64,000 nucleotides of DNA from Gemmatimonadales bacterium (lineage in GTDB: Bacteria > Gemmatimonadota > Gemmatimonadetes > Gemmatimonadales > GWC2-71-9): contig JAWOLH010000045.1 in assembly GCA_033853695.1 (NCBI GenBank), forward strand, positions 593-64,592, written 5' to 3'. The notes under the pieces are model-generated. The model worked only from the letters and a program-made list of their open reading frames with translations. It searched no databases and was not told where the DNA came from. The translations under genes were made by a program, and so were the position numbers. Of this stretch, positions 51,246-63,105 are shown in pieces. Numbering within the stretch: the first letter of the stretch is position 1; every line of letters starts with the position of its first letter.

Positions 51246-53665
51246 CCTTCGGAGGGCGGCGCCGCGGGCGCGCGCTGCTCGTCACGGCGGCGTGCGTCGC
51301 GGTGCTGCTCGTGGCCGGCCGCTGGCTCGCCGTCGAGACCGCCGAGCACGCCTGGGCCGCCACGCTGCGGGGAGGGCCGGTCTATCTCGAGGCCCGCTCG
51401 CTCCAGCGCCTGCTCCACTGGCTCGTCATGCTCGTGTCGGTGCTGTGGGGCGCCGGCAACCTCTACATCGTCTACCGCGCGATCGGCTCGGTGCAGATGC
51501 CGCGCCGCATCGGCAACCTCGAGATCGTCGAGGCAGTTCCGCAGCGGCTGCTGCTGACGCTGGCCATCGTCATCGGCATCGTCTTCGGGCTGGGTCTGTC
51601 GTGGGGCACCGGGGACTGGTGGCGCGAAGCGCTGCTCGCCAACGCCGCGCCGGTGCTCGGTCGCCTCGATCCGATTCTGCACAAGGACGCCGGCTACTAC
51701 GCCGCCGAGCTGCCCTGGGCGGTCGAGCGCGAGCAGTTCCTGCTCATCTCCACCCTGACTGCCGCCGTGCTGTGCAGCTTTCTCTATCTCGGTATCGGGT
51801 CGCTGCGCTGGCAGCGGGGGCGGCTGGTCGCGAGCCCGCACGCCCGGGCGCACCTCGGCGTGCTGGGAACGGGTCTCGCGGTTGCGATCCTCTGGGGCGC
51901 GCTCCTCGACCCCGCGGAGGTGGTGGCGGGGCTGCATGGAACGCTGAGCACGGCGCTGCTCTCCTTCCGGGTGCCCGGCGCCGGAGTCGTCGCCGCGGCC
52001 GCCGCGATCGCGGGGGTGTTGAGTCTCGTCTGGATCTGGTGGGACCGGCCGCGCTGGCCGGTCACGGGATGGACAATCGTTGCATTGACGCTGCTCGCAG
52101 TCTATGGGCTGCTCCCCTCAGTGGGGCGCCGCACTACTGAGGAACTCTATCCGGAGGACCGCGGAGCGTTCGAGCAGCTGGCCTTCGGGGCCGGCCCACG
52201 CCTCCGCGCGGACACACCCCAGTTCGCTTCGATGGCGGCGTTCGTCGCCGCCCAGCCGCTGTGGAGCGCGAAGTGGGTGGCCGCCGCCGCGCGCGCTCGA
52301 CTCGGGCCTGCGGAAACGGTCGCCGGAGTGCAGCTCACGCGCGGCCCCACGGGTACGCCGCTATGGATCGTGGCCCGGGCGCCGGACGACACCGCGCTCT
52401 CCACGCTGCAACCCACTCCTACATGGGATCAGGTGCATCGCGGAACGCGGAGCGCGAGCGGCGCTCCGCTTGGCTTCGTCGAAACCGACAGCGGAGGCCT
52501 CGCGCCGGCACCGCTCGATGTGCGCGATTCGGCGGAGTGGTTCGGCGAGGGCTTCACCCAGTACGCGGTGTCCGCCCTACCCGCGGCCTCCGGCATCCTG
52601 CTCACCGGGGCGTGGCGTCGGGTGGCGCTCGCCTGGGTGTTGCAGAGTCCCGAGATCGCCCGCCGGACGACGCCGGCGGAGCGGCTGCAATGGCGCCGCA
52701 CGCCGAGCGAGCGGTTCGCGCGACTGGTACCGTTCGCCCGCTTCGGCGTGCCGGAGCCGGTACTCGTCGACGGCGCGCTGTGGTGGCGCGCGGTGGGGTA
52801 CGTCTCGACGGAAACCTTTCCCCTCGTAGCGCCGGTCGAAACGCCGGACGGACCCGTCCGCATGCTGCGTCCCGGCATCGTGGGCGCCATGCGCGGCACG
52901 ACCGGCGAGACGCGCTTCTGGCTCCTCCCCGGCGCGGACTCGATCACGCTGGCGTGGGCGAAGCTCTTCAAGCCGCTGATCGAGCCGGCGGACAGCGCGC
53001 TGCCGCCGCTCGTGGAGTCGCTCGAGTATCCCACCCTGAGCTTCACCCTCGCGGCGCAGCACATCCTGGCCGCGGCGCCCGATTCCGACAACTGGCAGGT
53101 GATACCGCGTGAGCCGACCGAGTTGCTGCTCCCCGACAACCAGGCTCCCTGGCTGGTGCAGGCGTTCACGTCGAGCCCGCCGGGCGAGCCGCGACTCGAG
53201 CTCCTGATGCTCGGCCGGTTCGGGCCGGCCGGCACAGAGCTGTGGTCGCTGATCGCTCCACCCAACGACCCACCGCCCCAGCTCCTCGTGGGCAGTCCCG
53301 ACACGCAACCGGGGCCGCTGCGGATCTGGATCGCCGGCGGGCACTTCGCGTCGTCCGAGGCACGGTTTATCAGGCGCGGCAAAGACGTGCCGCGCATCGA
53401 GCACGTGTTTCTCACCTGGGGCAACCGGACCGGCGAGGGAACGAGCGCCGCGGCGGCGCTGCGCGAGCTGACGCTGGCCGGCCCGCCGGGCACAGTGGAC
53501 ACGAGCCTTGCCGGCCGCTGGGCGCAGGCGCAACGATTGTTCAGCGAGCTCGACTCGGCGCTCGTGTCGCGCGATTTCGAGCGCTTCGGGCAGGTGTACC
53601 GGCAGCTCGGAGACCTCCTCGGTGCGCGACGCCGCGCCCTGGCACCGAGGCCGCCGCTTCGCTAG
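51242..53665 (+). CDS. large (807 aa) polytopic membrane protein, UPF0182/COG1615-like architecture
   Basis: GTG overlaps the preceding stop (GTGA). An Arg-rich N-terminus is followed by about seven hydrophobic segments in the first ~330 aa, then a long soluble region. The family assignment rests on architecture and weak N-terminal resemblance only. Confidence 0.5.
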   Translation: MTFGGRRRGRALLVTAACVAVLLVAGRWLAVETAEHAWAATLRGGPVYLEARSLQRLLHWLVMLVSVLWGAGNLYIVYRAIGSVQMPRRIGNLEIVEAVPQRLLLTLAIVIGIVFGLGLSWGTGDWWREALLANAAPVLGRLDPILHKDAGYYAAELPWAVEREQFLLISTLTAAVLCSFLYLGIGSLRWQRGRLVASPHARAHLGVLGTGLAVAILWGALLDPAEVVAGLHGTLSTALLSFRVPGAGVVAAAAAIAGVLSLVWIWWDRPRWPVTGWTIVALTLLAVYGLLPSVGRRTTEELYPEDRGAFEQLAFGAGPRLRADTPQFASMAAFVAAQPLWSAKWVAAAARARLGPAETVAGVQLTRGPTGTPLWIVARAPDDTALSTLQPTPTWDQVHRGTRSASGAPLGFVETDSGGLAPAPLDVRDSAEWFGEGFTQYAVSALPAASGILLTGAWRRVALAWVLQSPEIARRTTPAERLQWRRTPSERFARLVPFARFGVPEPVLVDGALWWRAVGYVSTETFPLVAPVETPDGPVRMLRPGIVGAMRGTTGETRFWLLPGADSITLAWAKLFKPLIEPADSALPPLVESLEYPTLSFTLAAQHILAAAPDSDNWQVIPREPTELLLPDNQAPWLVQAFTSSPPGEPRLELLMLGRFGPAGTELWSLIAPPNDPPPQLLVGSPDTQPGPLRIWIAGGHFASSEARFIRRGKDVPRIEHVFLTWGNRTGEGTSAAAALRELTLAGPPGTVDTSLAGRWAQAQRLFSELDSALVSRDFERFGQVYRQLGDLLGARRRALAPRPPLR

Positions 53666-53714
53666 GCGAGCTATTCGTACGAGGTTGCGACGCAGGTCTC
53701 AAAACGACGGCAAC

Positions 53715-53743
53715 TTGTCTGACCGTTGGGAGGGCACTAGATA
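53715..53743 (+). promoter_or_regulatory. possible promoter upstream of arcC-sucCD
   Basis: TTGTCT (53715-53720), N17, TAGATA (53738-53743). The first canonical arcC start lies 8 nt downstream. Confidence 0.3.
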
Positions 53744-53751
53744 TCGCGGCC

Positions 53752-54711
53752 GTGTCGACCGGAGGAGCGGAAACGATCGTCGTCGCACTCGGCGGCAACG
53801 CGGTGGCGCCATCCGGGGAGCGACCGACCATCGCCAACCAGTTTCGCCACACGCGCGAGAGTCTCGCGCCGATCGTCGATCTGGCGCGGGCGGGGTGGCG
53901 GATCGCGCTGGTGCATGGCAACGGGCCGCAGGTGGGCGACGAGCTGGCTCGCAACGAGCTGGCCGCCGACCGGCTGGAACCGTTGCCGCTCGGCGTGCTC
54001 GTGGCGGCGACGGCGGGGTGGATGGGCTACATGATTCAGCAGTCGCTGCAGAACGCCCTGGCGCGCGCGGGTGTGGAGCGGACCGTCGTCACTTTGATCA
54101 CGCAGACGCTGTGCGACGCCAACGATCCACAGCTGCGTGTGCCGGTGAAGCCGATCGGCAACGCCCTGGACCAGGCCGGGATCGCCCGGTTGCAGGCGCG
54201 CGGCATCCCGGTTCGGGAGGACAAGCCGGGGCGGTGGCGCCGGCTCGCGCCGAGCCCGCGGCCGATCGGCATCGTGGAGCGTGCGATGGTGCAGGCGCTG
54301 GTCCAGGAAGGGGACATCGTGATCGCGTGTGGTGGCGGTGGCCCTCCCGTGTACGACGATGCGCGGCTGCGGCTCGAGGGGCTCGATGCCGTAGCCGACA
54401 AGGACCGCGTCGCCGCGATTCTCGGCCGCGACATCGGTGCTGAGGTCCTGCTGATCCTCACCGACGTGGACGCGGTGTACCGCGGCTGGGGCACTCCCGT
54501 CCAGCATGCGATCCGTCGCCTGACGCTCGTGGAGGCTGACCTGCTGCTCCAGGGGAGCGATCTGGGCACAGGGAGCATGCGTCCCAAGGTGGAAGCGGCG
54601 GCGGATTTCGTCCGGGCGGGCGGCGAACGCGCGATCATCGCCGCATTGGCCCAGGGGCTGGCGGCGCTCGCGGGCACGGCGGGAACGACCATTACGAAGG
54701 AGCGGCAGTGA
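53752..54711 (+). CDS. arcC: carbamate kinase
   Basis: IVVALGGNA, VHGNGPQVG and ACGGGGPPV. The start is uncertain: GTG 53752 is the first canonical start that leaves the conserved N-terminus intact. Confidence 0.85.
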   Translation: MSTGGAETIVVALGGNAVAPSGERPTIANQFRHTRESLAPIVDLARAGWRIALVHGNGPQVGDELARNELAADRLEPLPLGVLVAATAGWMGYMIQQSLQNALARAGVERTVVTLITQTLCDANDPQLRVPVKPIGNALDQAGIARLQARGIPVREDKPGRWRRLAPSPRPIGIVERAMVQALVQEGDIVIACGGGGPPVYDDARLRLEGLDAVADKDRVAAILGRDIGAEVLLILTDVDAVYRGWGTPVQHAIRRLTLVEADLLLQGSDLGTGSMRPKVEAAADFVRAGGERAIIAALAQGLAALAGTAGTTITKERQ

Positions 54712-55847
54712 ACCTGCACGAGTACCAGGCCCGGGAGATCCTGCGCCGGCACGGGATCCCGGTTCCCGAGGGGGAGGTCGTCACGACGCCGCAGGCGGCC
54801 CGGGCCGCCGCGACGCGGCTCGGCGGATCGGTCGTCGTCAAAGCCCAGGTGCACGCGGGGGGACGTGGCAAGGCGGGCGGGGTGAAGCTCGCCAAGACGC
54901 CCGATGAGACGGAAGCGGTGGCGGCGAAGATACTCGGGATGACGATCAAGGGCCTGACCGTGCAGAAGGTGCTCGTCGTTCCCGCCACCGACATCGCGTC
55001 GGAGAGCTACCTCGGCATCATCGTCGACCGCGAATCGCAGCGCCCTTTGCTGATGGTGAGCGCCGCGGGCGGGATCGACATCGAAGAGGTAGCGGCACAG
55101 ACGCCCGAGAAGATTCACCGCCGGGCGATCGATCCCCGCTACGGGCTGCTCGCGCATCAGGCGCTGGCCCTCGCGTTTCAACTGTACCCCGACGTGGCGA
55201 AGGCGCGCGCCGCCGCGGGCATCATGCAGCAGCTCGTGAGCGCGGCGTACGACGTGGGAGCTTCGCTCGCGGAGATCAATCCGCTCGTCACGACCCCGGA
55301 GGGGAAGGTCCTGGCGCTCGACGCCAAGATCGTGATCGACGACAACGAGCTGGAGCGCCGGCCCGCGATCGCGGCGCTGCGTGACGCTTCCGCGGAGGCG
55401 CCGTCCGAGGTCCAGGCGCGCGAGGCGGGACTGACGTTCATCAAGCTCGAGGGCGCGGTGGGGTGCTGCGTAAACGGCGCGGGGCTCGCGATGGCGACGA
55501 TGGATCTGGTCAAGTACTACGGCGGCGAGCCGGCGAATTTTCTGGACATCGGCGGCAGCTCCAACCCCCAGAAGGTCGTGAACGCCCTCAAGATCATCAC
55601 CACCGATCCGAACGTGCGGGCGATTCTCTTCAACATCTTCGGCGGGATCACGCGCTGCGACGACGTCGCCAACGGCATCGTGCAGGCGACGGGACAGTTT
55701 CCGCTCAAGGTCCCCATGGTCATCCGTCTCACCGGCACGAACGAGCAGGAAGCGATTCGCATCCTCCACACGGCGGGATTCGAGGCGCTGACCGACATGG
55801 ACCAGGCGGTGAAGCAGGCGGTTGCCGCGGCGGGAGGTGCGCGATGA
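54708..55847 (+). CDS. sucC: succinyl-CoA synthetase beta subunit
   Basis: GTG start preceded by AAGGAG. Motifs [30 protein letters not shown] and [14 protein letters not shown]. Confidence 0.96.
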   Translation: MNLHEYQAREILRRHGIPVPEGEVVTTPQAARAAATRLGGSVVVKAQVHAGGRGKAGGVKLAKTPDETEAVAAKILGMTIKGLTVQKVLVVPATDIASESYLGIIVDRESQRPLLMVSAAGGIDIEEVAAQTPEKIHRRAIDPRYGLLAHQALALAFQLYPDVAKARAAAGIMQQLVSAAYDVGASLAEINPLVTTPEGKVLALDAKIVIDDNELERRPAIAALRDASAEAPSEVQAREAGLTFIKLEGAVGCCVNGAGLAMATMDLVKYYGGEPANFLDIGGSSNPQKVVNALKIITTDPNVRAILFNIFGGITRCDDVANGIVQATGQFPLKVPMVIRLTGTNEQEAIRILHTAGFEALTDMDQAVKQAVAAAGGAR

Positions 55848-56713
55848 GCATCTTCATCGACAAGCAGACGCGGCTCCTGGTCCAGGGGATCACGGGCCGC
55901 GACGGCTCATTCCACACCAGAGCGATGATCGAGTACGGCACGACGGTCGTGGCGGGGGTGACGCCGGGGAAGGGCGGGCAGGCGTTCGAGGGCAAGGTCC
56001 CGATCTTCAACACCGTCGCCGACGCCGCGGCCGCCACGCAGCCGAACGTCAGCGTCATCTACGTTCCCGCCGCGTTCGCCGCGTCGGCGATCTTCGAGGC
56101 AGCGGATGCGCGCATCCCGCTGATCGTCTGCATCACGGAGGGCGTCCCGGTGCTCGACATGACGACGGTGATGCCGTTCGTGAAGGAGCGCGGCGTGCGC
56201 CTCATCGGGCCGAACTGCCCGGGGCTGATTTCGCCGGGACTCGCCAAGGTCGGCATCATCCCCGGGAACATCTGCGAGCCGGGACCCATCGGCGTCGTGA
56301 GCCGCTCGGGGACGCTCACCTACGAGATCATCCATCAGCTCACGACCAACGGACTCGGGCAGTCGACCTGCGTCGGGATCGGCGGCGATCCGATCATCGG
56401 GACGAACTTCATCGACTGCCTGGCGGCGTTCGAAGGAGATCCGGGCACGCGCGCGGTGGTGATGATCGGCGAGATCGGCGGTGCGGACGAGCAGCACGCC
56501 GCGAATTTCGTGCAGAGCAAAATGAAGAAGCCCGTCGTGGGGTTCATCGCCGGCCAAACCGCGCCCCCGGGGCGCCGCATGGGCCACGCCGGGGCGATCA
56601 TCTCGGGCGCCGGCGCCACCGCCGCCGACAAGATGAAAGCGTTCGAGGCCGCGGGGATCTCCGTCATGAAGCGCCCCGCCGACGTCGTCCCGCTGCTGAA
56701 ATCGAGACTTTGA
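55844..56713 (+). CDS. sucD: succinyl-CoA synthetase alpha subunit
   Basis: ATG overlaps the sucC stop. Motifs [21 protein letters not shown] and phosphohistidine loop [10 protein letters not shown]. Confidence 0.96.
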   Translation: MSIFIDKQTRLLVQGITGRDGSFHTRAMIEYGTTVVAGVTPGKGGQAFEGKVPIFNTVADAAAATQPNVSVIYVPAAFAASAIFEAADARIPLIVCITEGVPVLDMTTVMPFVKERGVRLIGPNCPGLISPGLAKVGIIPGNICEPGPIGVVSRSGTLTYEIIHQLTTNGLGQSTCVGIGGDPIIGTNFIDCLAAFEGDPGTRAVVMIGEIGGADEQHAANFVQSKMKKPVVGFIAGQTAPPGRRMGHAGAIISGAGATAADKMKAFEAAGISVMKRPADVVPLLKSRL

Positions 56714-56724
56714 TTCGTCGTTAA

Positions 56725-56752
56725 CCGACAACCTCCGACCGACAACCGACAC
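56725..56752 (+). repeat. imperfect tandem heptamer repeat, consensus CCGACAA (4 units)
   Basis: CCGACAA CCTCCGA CCGACAA CCGACAC, ending 2 nt before the ndk ATG. Confidence 0.6.
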
Positions 56753-56754
56753 CG

Positions 56755-57186
56755 ATGTTGACACTCGCCATCATCAAACCCGACGCCGTCGCCGCGGGAG
56801 CGGCCGGCAAGATCCTCGCCCACCTCGAGGGACAGGGATTCCGCGTGCGCGCCGCCCGGATGGTGCACCTCGGGCCGGCGCAGGCCGAGGCGTTCTACGC
56901 CGTCCACCGCGAGCGGCCGTTCTTCCGGCCCCTCGTCACCTTCATGACCTCCGGGCCGTGCATCCCTCTCGCCCTCGAGAAGGAGAACGCGGTGGCGGCG
57001 CTGCGGGAGGCGATCGGGGCGACCGATCCCGCCGAAGCGAAGCCGGGGACGATTCGCAAACTGTACGCCCAGTCCAAGGAGAGGAACGCCATTCACGCCT
57101 CGGACTCCGCCGAAAATGCGGCCCGCGAAGTGGCGTTCTTCTTTACCGAAGCCGAGCTTGTTGACGCAAGTCCCACAACGGGTTAG
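56755..57186 (+). CDS. ndk: nucleoside diphosphate kinase
   Basis: LTLAIIKPDAV, RPFF..LV.FMTSGP and catalytic NAIHASDS. Confidence 0.95.
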   Translation: MLTLAIIKPDAVAAGAAGKILAHLEGQGFRVRAARMVHLGPAQAEAFYAVHRERPFFRPLVTFMTSGPCIPLALEKENAVAALREAIGATDPAEAKPGTIRKLYAQSKERNAIHASDSAENAAREVAFFFTEAELVDASPTTG

Positions 57187-57197
57187 CTTCGCTCGCC

Positions 57198-57707
57198 ATG
57201 TTGCGATTCGACCTGCGGGAGCTCGCAAAAGGCCCAGTCGATACGCAGGCCGAGCTGGCGCCGCAGGACCCCCTGTTCGAGGGGCTCGAGGTCGTCCTGG
57301 CGGAACCGGTGCGGGTGGAGGGGCGGTTGCAGGGGACGGGGGAAGGCCGTTACTACTGGCACGGCCACCTGCGCACGGCGATCGCCGGCGAATGCCGCCG
57401 CTGTCTTACCCCGGTGACAGCGCCGGTGGCGGCGGAGGTCGGGGCACTCTTCACGAGTGACGCGGATGCCGCGGACGATCCCGACGCCTACCGGCTGCAA
57501 TCCCACGATACGGAGGTGGACCTCCGGCCCGTGGTGCGGGAAGAGCTGGCGCTGGCGGTGCCGCGCTTCGTGCTGTGTCGCGAGGACTGCCGGGGGCTCT
57601 GCCCGAACTGCGGCAAGGACCTGAACGCGGGTCCCTGCGGCTGCGCCCCGGCCGCGGATCCGCGCTGGCGGGCCCTGGCCGACCTGAAGGGCAAACTCAC
57701 TGATTGA
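57198..57707 (+). CDS. yceD: YceD/DUF177-family protein
   Basis: Cys motifs GECRRCL and CREDCRGLCPNCGKDLN..CGC. Canonical position upstream of rpmF-plsX. Confidence 0.85.
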   Translation: MLRFDLRELAKGPVDTQAELAPQDPLFEGLEVVLAEPVRVEGRLQGTGEGRYYWHGHLRTAIAGECRRCLTPVTAPVAAEVGALFTSDADAADDPDAYRLQSHDTEVDLRPVVREELALAVPRFVLCREDCRGLCPNCGKDLNAGPCGCAPAADPRWRALADLKGKLTD

Positions 57708-57722
57708 ACGAGGCAACCGACG

Positions 57723-57905
57723 ATGGCAGTCCCGAAGCGCAGAACCTCCAAACGGAAGAAGCGCGCGCGCCGCACGCACTACAAGGCGGCGCCGATCGCG
57801 TTGCAGGCCTGTCCCCGTTGCGGCGACCTGAAGCAGCCGCATCGAGTCTGCCCCACCTGCGGCTATTACGCCGGCGAGAAGCGCATCGAGGTCGAGGACG
57901 CCTGA
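57723..57905 (+). CDS. rpmF: 50S ribosomal protein L32
   Basis: MAVPKRRTSKRKKRARR and the zinc ribbon CPRCG..CPTCGYY. Confidence 0.93.
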   Translation: MAVPKRRTSKRKKRARRTHYKAAPIALQACPRCGDLKQPHRVCPTCGYYAGEKRIEVEDA

Positions 57906-57906
57906 G

Positions 57907-58914
57907 GTGATCCGCATCGCGCTGGACGCGATGGGAGGAGACAACGCCCCGAGCGCCGAGGTCGCTGGCGCGGCGCTGGCGCTCGCCGAGCTGCCGCCGA
58001 CGTTCCAGATCCAGCTCGTGGGGCGCACCGCCGATATCGAGAAGGCACTGGTGGGGCAGCGCGACATCCCGCGCGCCCGGCTCGAGGTCGTGGAGGCGCC
58101 GGAAGTCGTGGGCATGGGCGAGAAGCCGCTCCAGGCACTGCGCAGCAAGCCGAAATCGTCGATCGCCATCGGCCTCACGCTCCAGAAAAACGGCAAGTCC
58201 GACGCGTTCATCTCCGCCGGCAACACCGGCGCGGTGATGGCGGCGTCGACGCTGATCCTGCGGCTGCACGGCGGCGTGAACCGCGCGGCGATCGGCGCGT
58301 TGCTCCCGACCGGGAAACAGCCGCTGCTGCTGCTCGACGCCGGGGCGAACGTCGACTGCGACGCCAAGGAGATGGTGGGCTTCGCGCACCTGGGCGCGGT
58401 GTACGCGCGCGACGTGCTGGGCCGCGCGGAGCCGGCGGTCGGCCTGCTCAACATCGGGGAGGAAGACGAGAAGGGGAACGCGGTCGTCAAGGAAGCGCAC
58501 CAGCTGCTCAAGGCCCAGGCCGGGTTCCGCTACGCCGGCAACGTCGAGGGCCGCGACATCCCCGCCGGGGAGGTGCGCGGGCTCCCGCTCGACGTGGTGG
58601 TCTGCGACGGGTTCGTGGGCAATGTGGTGCTCAAGTTCTACGAATCGGCGGGACGGGTGTTCGTCGGATTCATCAAGCGCGACGCCCCGGATATCCTGCA
58701 GCGCCCGGAGATGCGGGTCATCCTGGACATCCTCGACTGGTCCAGTTATGGTGGCGCCCCGCTGCTCGGCGTACAGGGGGTTTCGATCATCTGCCACGGG
58801 TCGTCGCCGGCCAAGGCGATCAGGAATGCGATTCGCGTCGCGGTACAATCGGTGGAGAGCCACTTGGACCAGGACATCGAAGCCGAACTGTCGCGCAGCC
58901 AGGTGACGGTATGA
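57907..58914 (+). CDS. plsX: phosphate acyltransferase
   Basis: GTG start. Motifs IALDAMGGDNAP, SAGNTGA, DVVVCDGFVGNV and GAPLLGV. Confidence 0.93.
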   Translation: MIRIALDAMGGDNAPSAEVAGAALALAELPPTFQIQLVGRTADIEKALVGQRDIPRARLEVVEAPEVVGMGEKPLQALRSKPKSSIAIGLTLQKNGKSDAFISAGNTGAVMAASTLILRLHGGVNRAAIGALLPTGKQPLLLLDAGANVDCDAKEMVGFAHLGAVYARDVLGRAEPAVGLLNIGEEDEKGNAVVKEAHQLLKAQAGFRYAGNVEGRDIPAGEVRGLPLDVVVCDGFVGNVVLKFYESAGRVFVGFIKRDAPDILQRPEMRVILDILDWSSYGGAPLLGVQGVSIICHGSSPAKAIRNAIRVAVQSVESHLDQDIEAELSRSQVTV

Positions 58915-59897
58915 AGCGGCCGTTCGCCGAGCTCGCCGGGACGGGCCGCTACGCCCCGGCCCGCGTGATGACCAACGACGAGTTCTCGAAGATCCTCGAC
59001 ACCTCGGATCAGTGGATCCGCGAGCGGACGGGTATCCGCGAGCGGCGCATCTCGACCGACGAGGAGTCGAACGCCTGCATGGGGAAGGCAGCGGCGCTGC
59101 AGGTCCTGGGCGACCTGGGACTCACCCCCCTCGACGTGGACGCGATCGTGTACGCGACCGCGTCCCCCGACCGGCTGCTCCCGTCCCAGGCCTGCGACCT
59201 CCAGGCGATCCTCGGCGCCAAGAACGCCGCGGCGTTCGACGTCGGCGCGGCGTGCGCGGGGTTCGTCTACGCCCTGAACGTCGCCGAGGCGCTGGTGGCG
59301 GCGGAGCACGCGAAGAACGTTCTCGTCGTCGCGGCCGAGCGGCTCACCAAAATCATGGACTGGTCCGATCGCGCCACGGCGGTATTGTTCGGCGACGGGG
59401 CCGGCGCCACGATGGTGCGGCCGAGCGACGGGAGGCGCGGCATCCTCTCGCGGTACATGAAGTCGGACGGGACGCTGGCGGAGCTGTTGTACCGCCCGGG
59501 TGGCGGGGCGGTGCATCCCCCCGACGCCGCGCTCTTGACCGACCACAGCTACTTCATCCACATGGCGGGCCGCGAGGTCTTCAAGGCCGCCGTGCTCTCG
59601 ATGGCCGACGCCTGCGACCAGGCGCTGCAGCGCGCGGGGCTCACGGGGAAGGATCTCGACCTGATGATTCCGCATCAGGCGAACATCCGGATCATCGAGT
59701 CGACGGCGAAGCATGCCGGGTTGCCGATGGACAAGGTGTACGTCAACGTCGACCGCTACGGCAACACCTCCGCGGCGTCGGTGGCGATCGCGCTGGACGA
59801 AGCGGTGCGCACCGGCCGGCTGCAGCCGGGGATGACGGTGCTGCTCGTGGCGTTCGGCGCGGGGTTCACCTGGGCGAGTATGGTCGTGAAGTGGTAG
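58911..59897 (+). CDS. fabH: 3-oxoacyl-ACP synthase III
   Basis: SDQWIRERTGIRERR with the catalytic triad in context: AACAGF, IPHQANIRI, YGNTSAAS. Confidence 0.94.
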   Translation: MKRPFAELAGTGRYAPARVMTNDEFSKILDTSDQWIRERTGIRERRISTDEESNACMGKAAALQVLGDLGLTPLDVDAIVYATASPDRLLPSQACDLQAILGAKNAAAFDVGAACAGFVYALNVAEALVAAEHAKNVLVVAAERLTKIMDWSDRATAVLFGDGAGATMVRPSDGRRGILSRYMKSDGTLAELLYRPGGGAVHPPDAALLTDHSYFIHMAGREVFKAAVLSMADACDQALQRAGLTGKDLDLMIPHQANIRIIESTAKHAGLPMDKVYVNVDRYGNTSAASVAIALDEAVRTGRLQPGMTVLLVAFGAGFTWASMVVKW

Positions 59898-60838
59898 CCA
59901 CGCCGCCTGTGGTCTGGCTCTGTCCGGGCCAGGGGGCGCAGCGCGTAGGGATGGGTCGGGATGTGGCAGAGCGGTTTCCAGCCGCGCGCGACGCGTTCCA
60001 GGCCATCGACGACGCCCTGGGCGTCGCCCTCTCCCGCATCATGTTCGAGGGTCCCGAGGACGAGCTGACGTTCACCCAGAACGCTCAGCCCGCGATCCTG
60101 GCGCACACCGTCGCCGTGCACGCCGTGGTCCGCGGGGCGGTCGACAACCCTGTCGCCGCCGCCGGTCACTCGCTCGGCGAGTATTCGGCGTATGTCACGG
60201 CGGGTGCGCTGTCGCCGACCGAGGCGGCCAGGCTGGTGCGGCGGCGCGGCGAGCTGATGAACAAGGCGGGGACGGAGCGGAAGGGGACGATGGTCGCGGT
60301 GCTCGGTCTCTCGACGGAGCAGGTCGAGGCGGCGTGCGCCACGGCATCAACCGGCGGCGGCATCGTGGTGGCGGCGAATCTCAACGCCCCCGATCAGACG
60401 GTGATTTCCGGTGACGTCGACCCCGTCGCCAGGGCCGCTGAAGCGTGTAAGACCGCGGGCGCGAAGCGCGTGCTGCCGCTCAAGGTGAGCGGGGCGTTTC
60501 ACTCGCCGCTGATGGCGCCGGCGGCCGCGCCGCTGCGGATCGCGCTCGACAAGGCGGAGTTCTCGGAGCCCGCGTTTCCGGTGGTCGCCAACGCGACCGC
60601 CGAGGTGGTGAAGGACGCGTCGCGGGCGCGGCGCACGCTGGCCGATCAGCTCACGGCGCCGGTGCGGTGGGTGCAGTGCATGCAGACCGCCGCCCAGTTC
60701 GCGGGGGAGGGCGCCCGGTTCATCGAGATCGGACCGGGGACGGTGTTGGCGGGACTGTTGCGAAGAGCAGTGCCGGGAGCGGAGGTGATTTCGCTGGGGA
60801 GCGCCGCGGACATCGCGGCCTTCATGGAGCGGGGATGA
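59891..60838 (+). CDS. fabD: malonyl-CoA:ACP transacylase
   Basis: LCPGQGAQRVGMG, active site GHSLGEYSA and VSGAFHSPLM. Start is GTG 59891 (overlaps the fabH stop) or GTG 59909. Confidence 0.92.
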   Translation: MVATPPVVWLCPGQGAQRVGMGRDVAERFPAARDAFQAIDDALGVALSRIMFEGPEDELTFTQNAQPAILAHTVAVHAVVRGAVDNPVAAAGHSLGEYSAYVTAGALSPTEAARLVRRRGELMNKAGTERKGTMVAVLGLSTEQVEAACATASTGGGIVVAANLNAPDQTVISGDVDPVARAAEACKTAGAKRVLPLKVSGAFHSPLMAPAAAPLRIALDKAEFSEPAFPVVANATAEVVKDASRARRTLADQLTAPVRWVQCMQTAAQFAGEGARFIEIGPGTVLAGLLRRAVPGAEVISLGSAADIAAFMERG

Positions 60839-61572
60839 ACGTCGACCTCACCGGCAAGATCGCCATCGTCACCGGCGGGTCGCGCGGCATCGGGCGCTCG
60901 ATCGCCGGGGATCTGGCGGAGGTCGGTGCCAGGGTTGTGATTCTGGGTCGCGACGCGGCAAAAGCAGCGGACGCTGCCCGCGAGATCGGGTCTGGCGCCC
61001 GGGGCTACCGGTGCGACGTTTCGGTCGCCGCGGAGATCGAGACGGCGCTCGAATCGATCGAGAAGGACCTCGGGTCGCCGGACATCCTCGTGAACAACGC
61101 CGGGCTCACGCGCGACAACCTGCTGTTCCGGATCGGCGAGGACGACTGGGACGAGGTGCTCGACACGAACCTGAAGGGGCCGTTCCTGATCACGAAGCTC
61201 GCGGCGCGCGGCATGATCAAGCGCCGCTGGGGCCGCATCGTGAACATCACGAGCGTGGTCGGGCTGATCGGGAATAAGGGGCAGGCGAATTACGCCGCGT
61301 CGAAAGCGGGTCTGATCGGATTTACGAAAGCGGTGGCGCGCGAACTCGCTTCGCGCAACGTGACAGTGAACGCGGTGGCGCCGGGATACGTCGACACCGA
61401 GCTGACGCGCGCCATTTCGGAGGAAGCGAAGCAGACGCTCCGGGCCGCGATTCCCCTCGCGCGACTCGGAACGGGCCACGACGTAGCCGCCGCCGTGCTC
61501 TTTCTTGCCTCCGATCTGGCAGGCTACATTACGGGTCAGGTGCTCGTGGTCGACGGCGGAATGGTGATGTAA
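60835..61572 (+). CDS. fabG: 3-oxoacyl-ACP reductase
   Basis: ATG overlaps the fabD stop. Motifs [13 protein letters not shown] and YAASKAG. Confidence 0.94.
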   Translation: MNVDLTGKIAIVTGGSRGIGRSIAGDLAEVGARVVILGRDAAKAADAAREIGSGARGYRCDVSVAAEIETALESIEKDLGSPDILVNNAGLTRDNLLFRIGEDDWDEVLDTNLKGPFLITKLAARGMIKRRWGRIVNITSVVGLIGNKGQANYAASKAGLIGFTKAVARELASRNVTVNAVAPGYVDTELTRAISEEAKQTLRAAIPLARLGTGHDVAAAVLFLASDLAGYITGQVLVVDGGMVM

Positions 61573-61598
61573 CCTCCAACCTTCTGACGGGGCGCAAC

Positions 61599-61850
61599 AT
61601 GGCAATGGACATGAAGCAGCTCGAGGAAAAGGTGAAGGACATCATCGTCGAGGAGCTCGGGGTCGAGCGCGACAAGCTCAAGCCCGAAGCGAGCTTCATG
61701 GAAGACCTCGGCGCGGACAGCCTCGACACCGTCGAGCTGGTAATGGCGTTCGAGAAGGAGTTCGACATCGACATCCCCGACGAGGAAGCGGAGAAGCTCC
61801 GCACCGTGGGGGACGCCATGAAATACCTGCACGACAAGATGGGGAAGTGA
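61599..61850 (+). CDS. acpP: acyl carrier protein
   Basis: Phosphopantetheine site [16 protein letters not shown]. Start is ATG 61599, 61605 or 61611. Confidence 0.95.
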   Translation: MAMDMKQLEEKVKDIIVEELGVERDKLKPEASFMEDLGADSLDTVELVMAFEKEFDIDIPDEEAEKLRTVGDAMKYLHDKMGK

Positions 61851-61863
61851 GGGTCCGCGGAGC

Positions 61864-63101
<1,238 letters not shown>

Positions 63102-63105
<4 letters not shown>

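Noticed and set aside
56730-56740. Shared AACCTCCNACC string upstream of ndk (56730) and acpP (61572), considered as a common regulatory element.
   Set aside because: A 7-mer is expected several times by chance in 128 kb of two-strand sequence. Two occurrences with different spacing to the start codon are not evidence.
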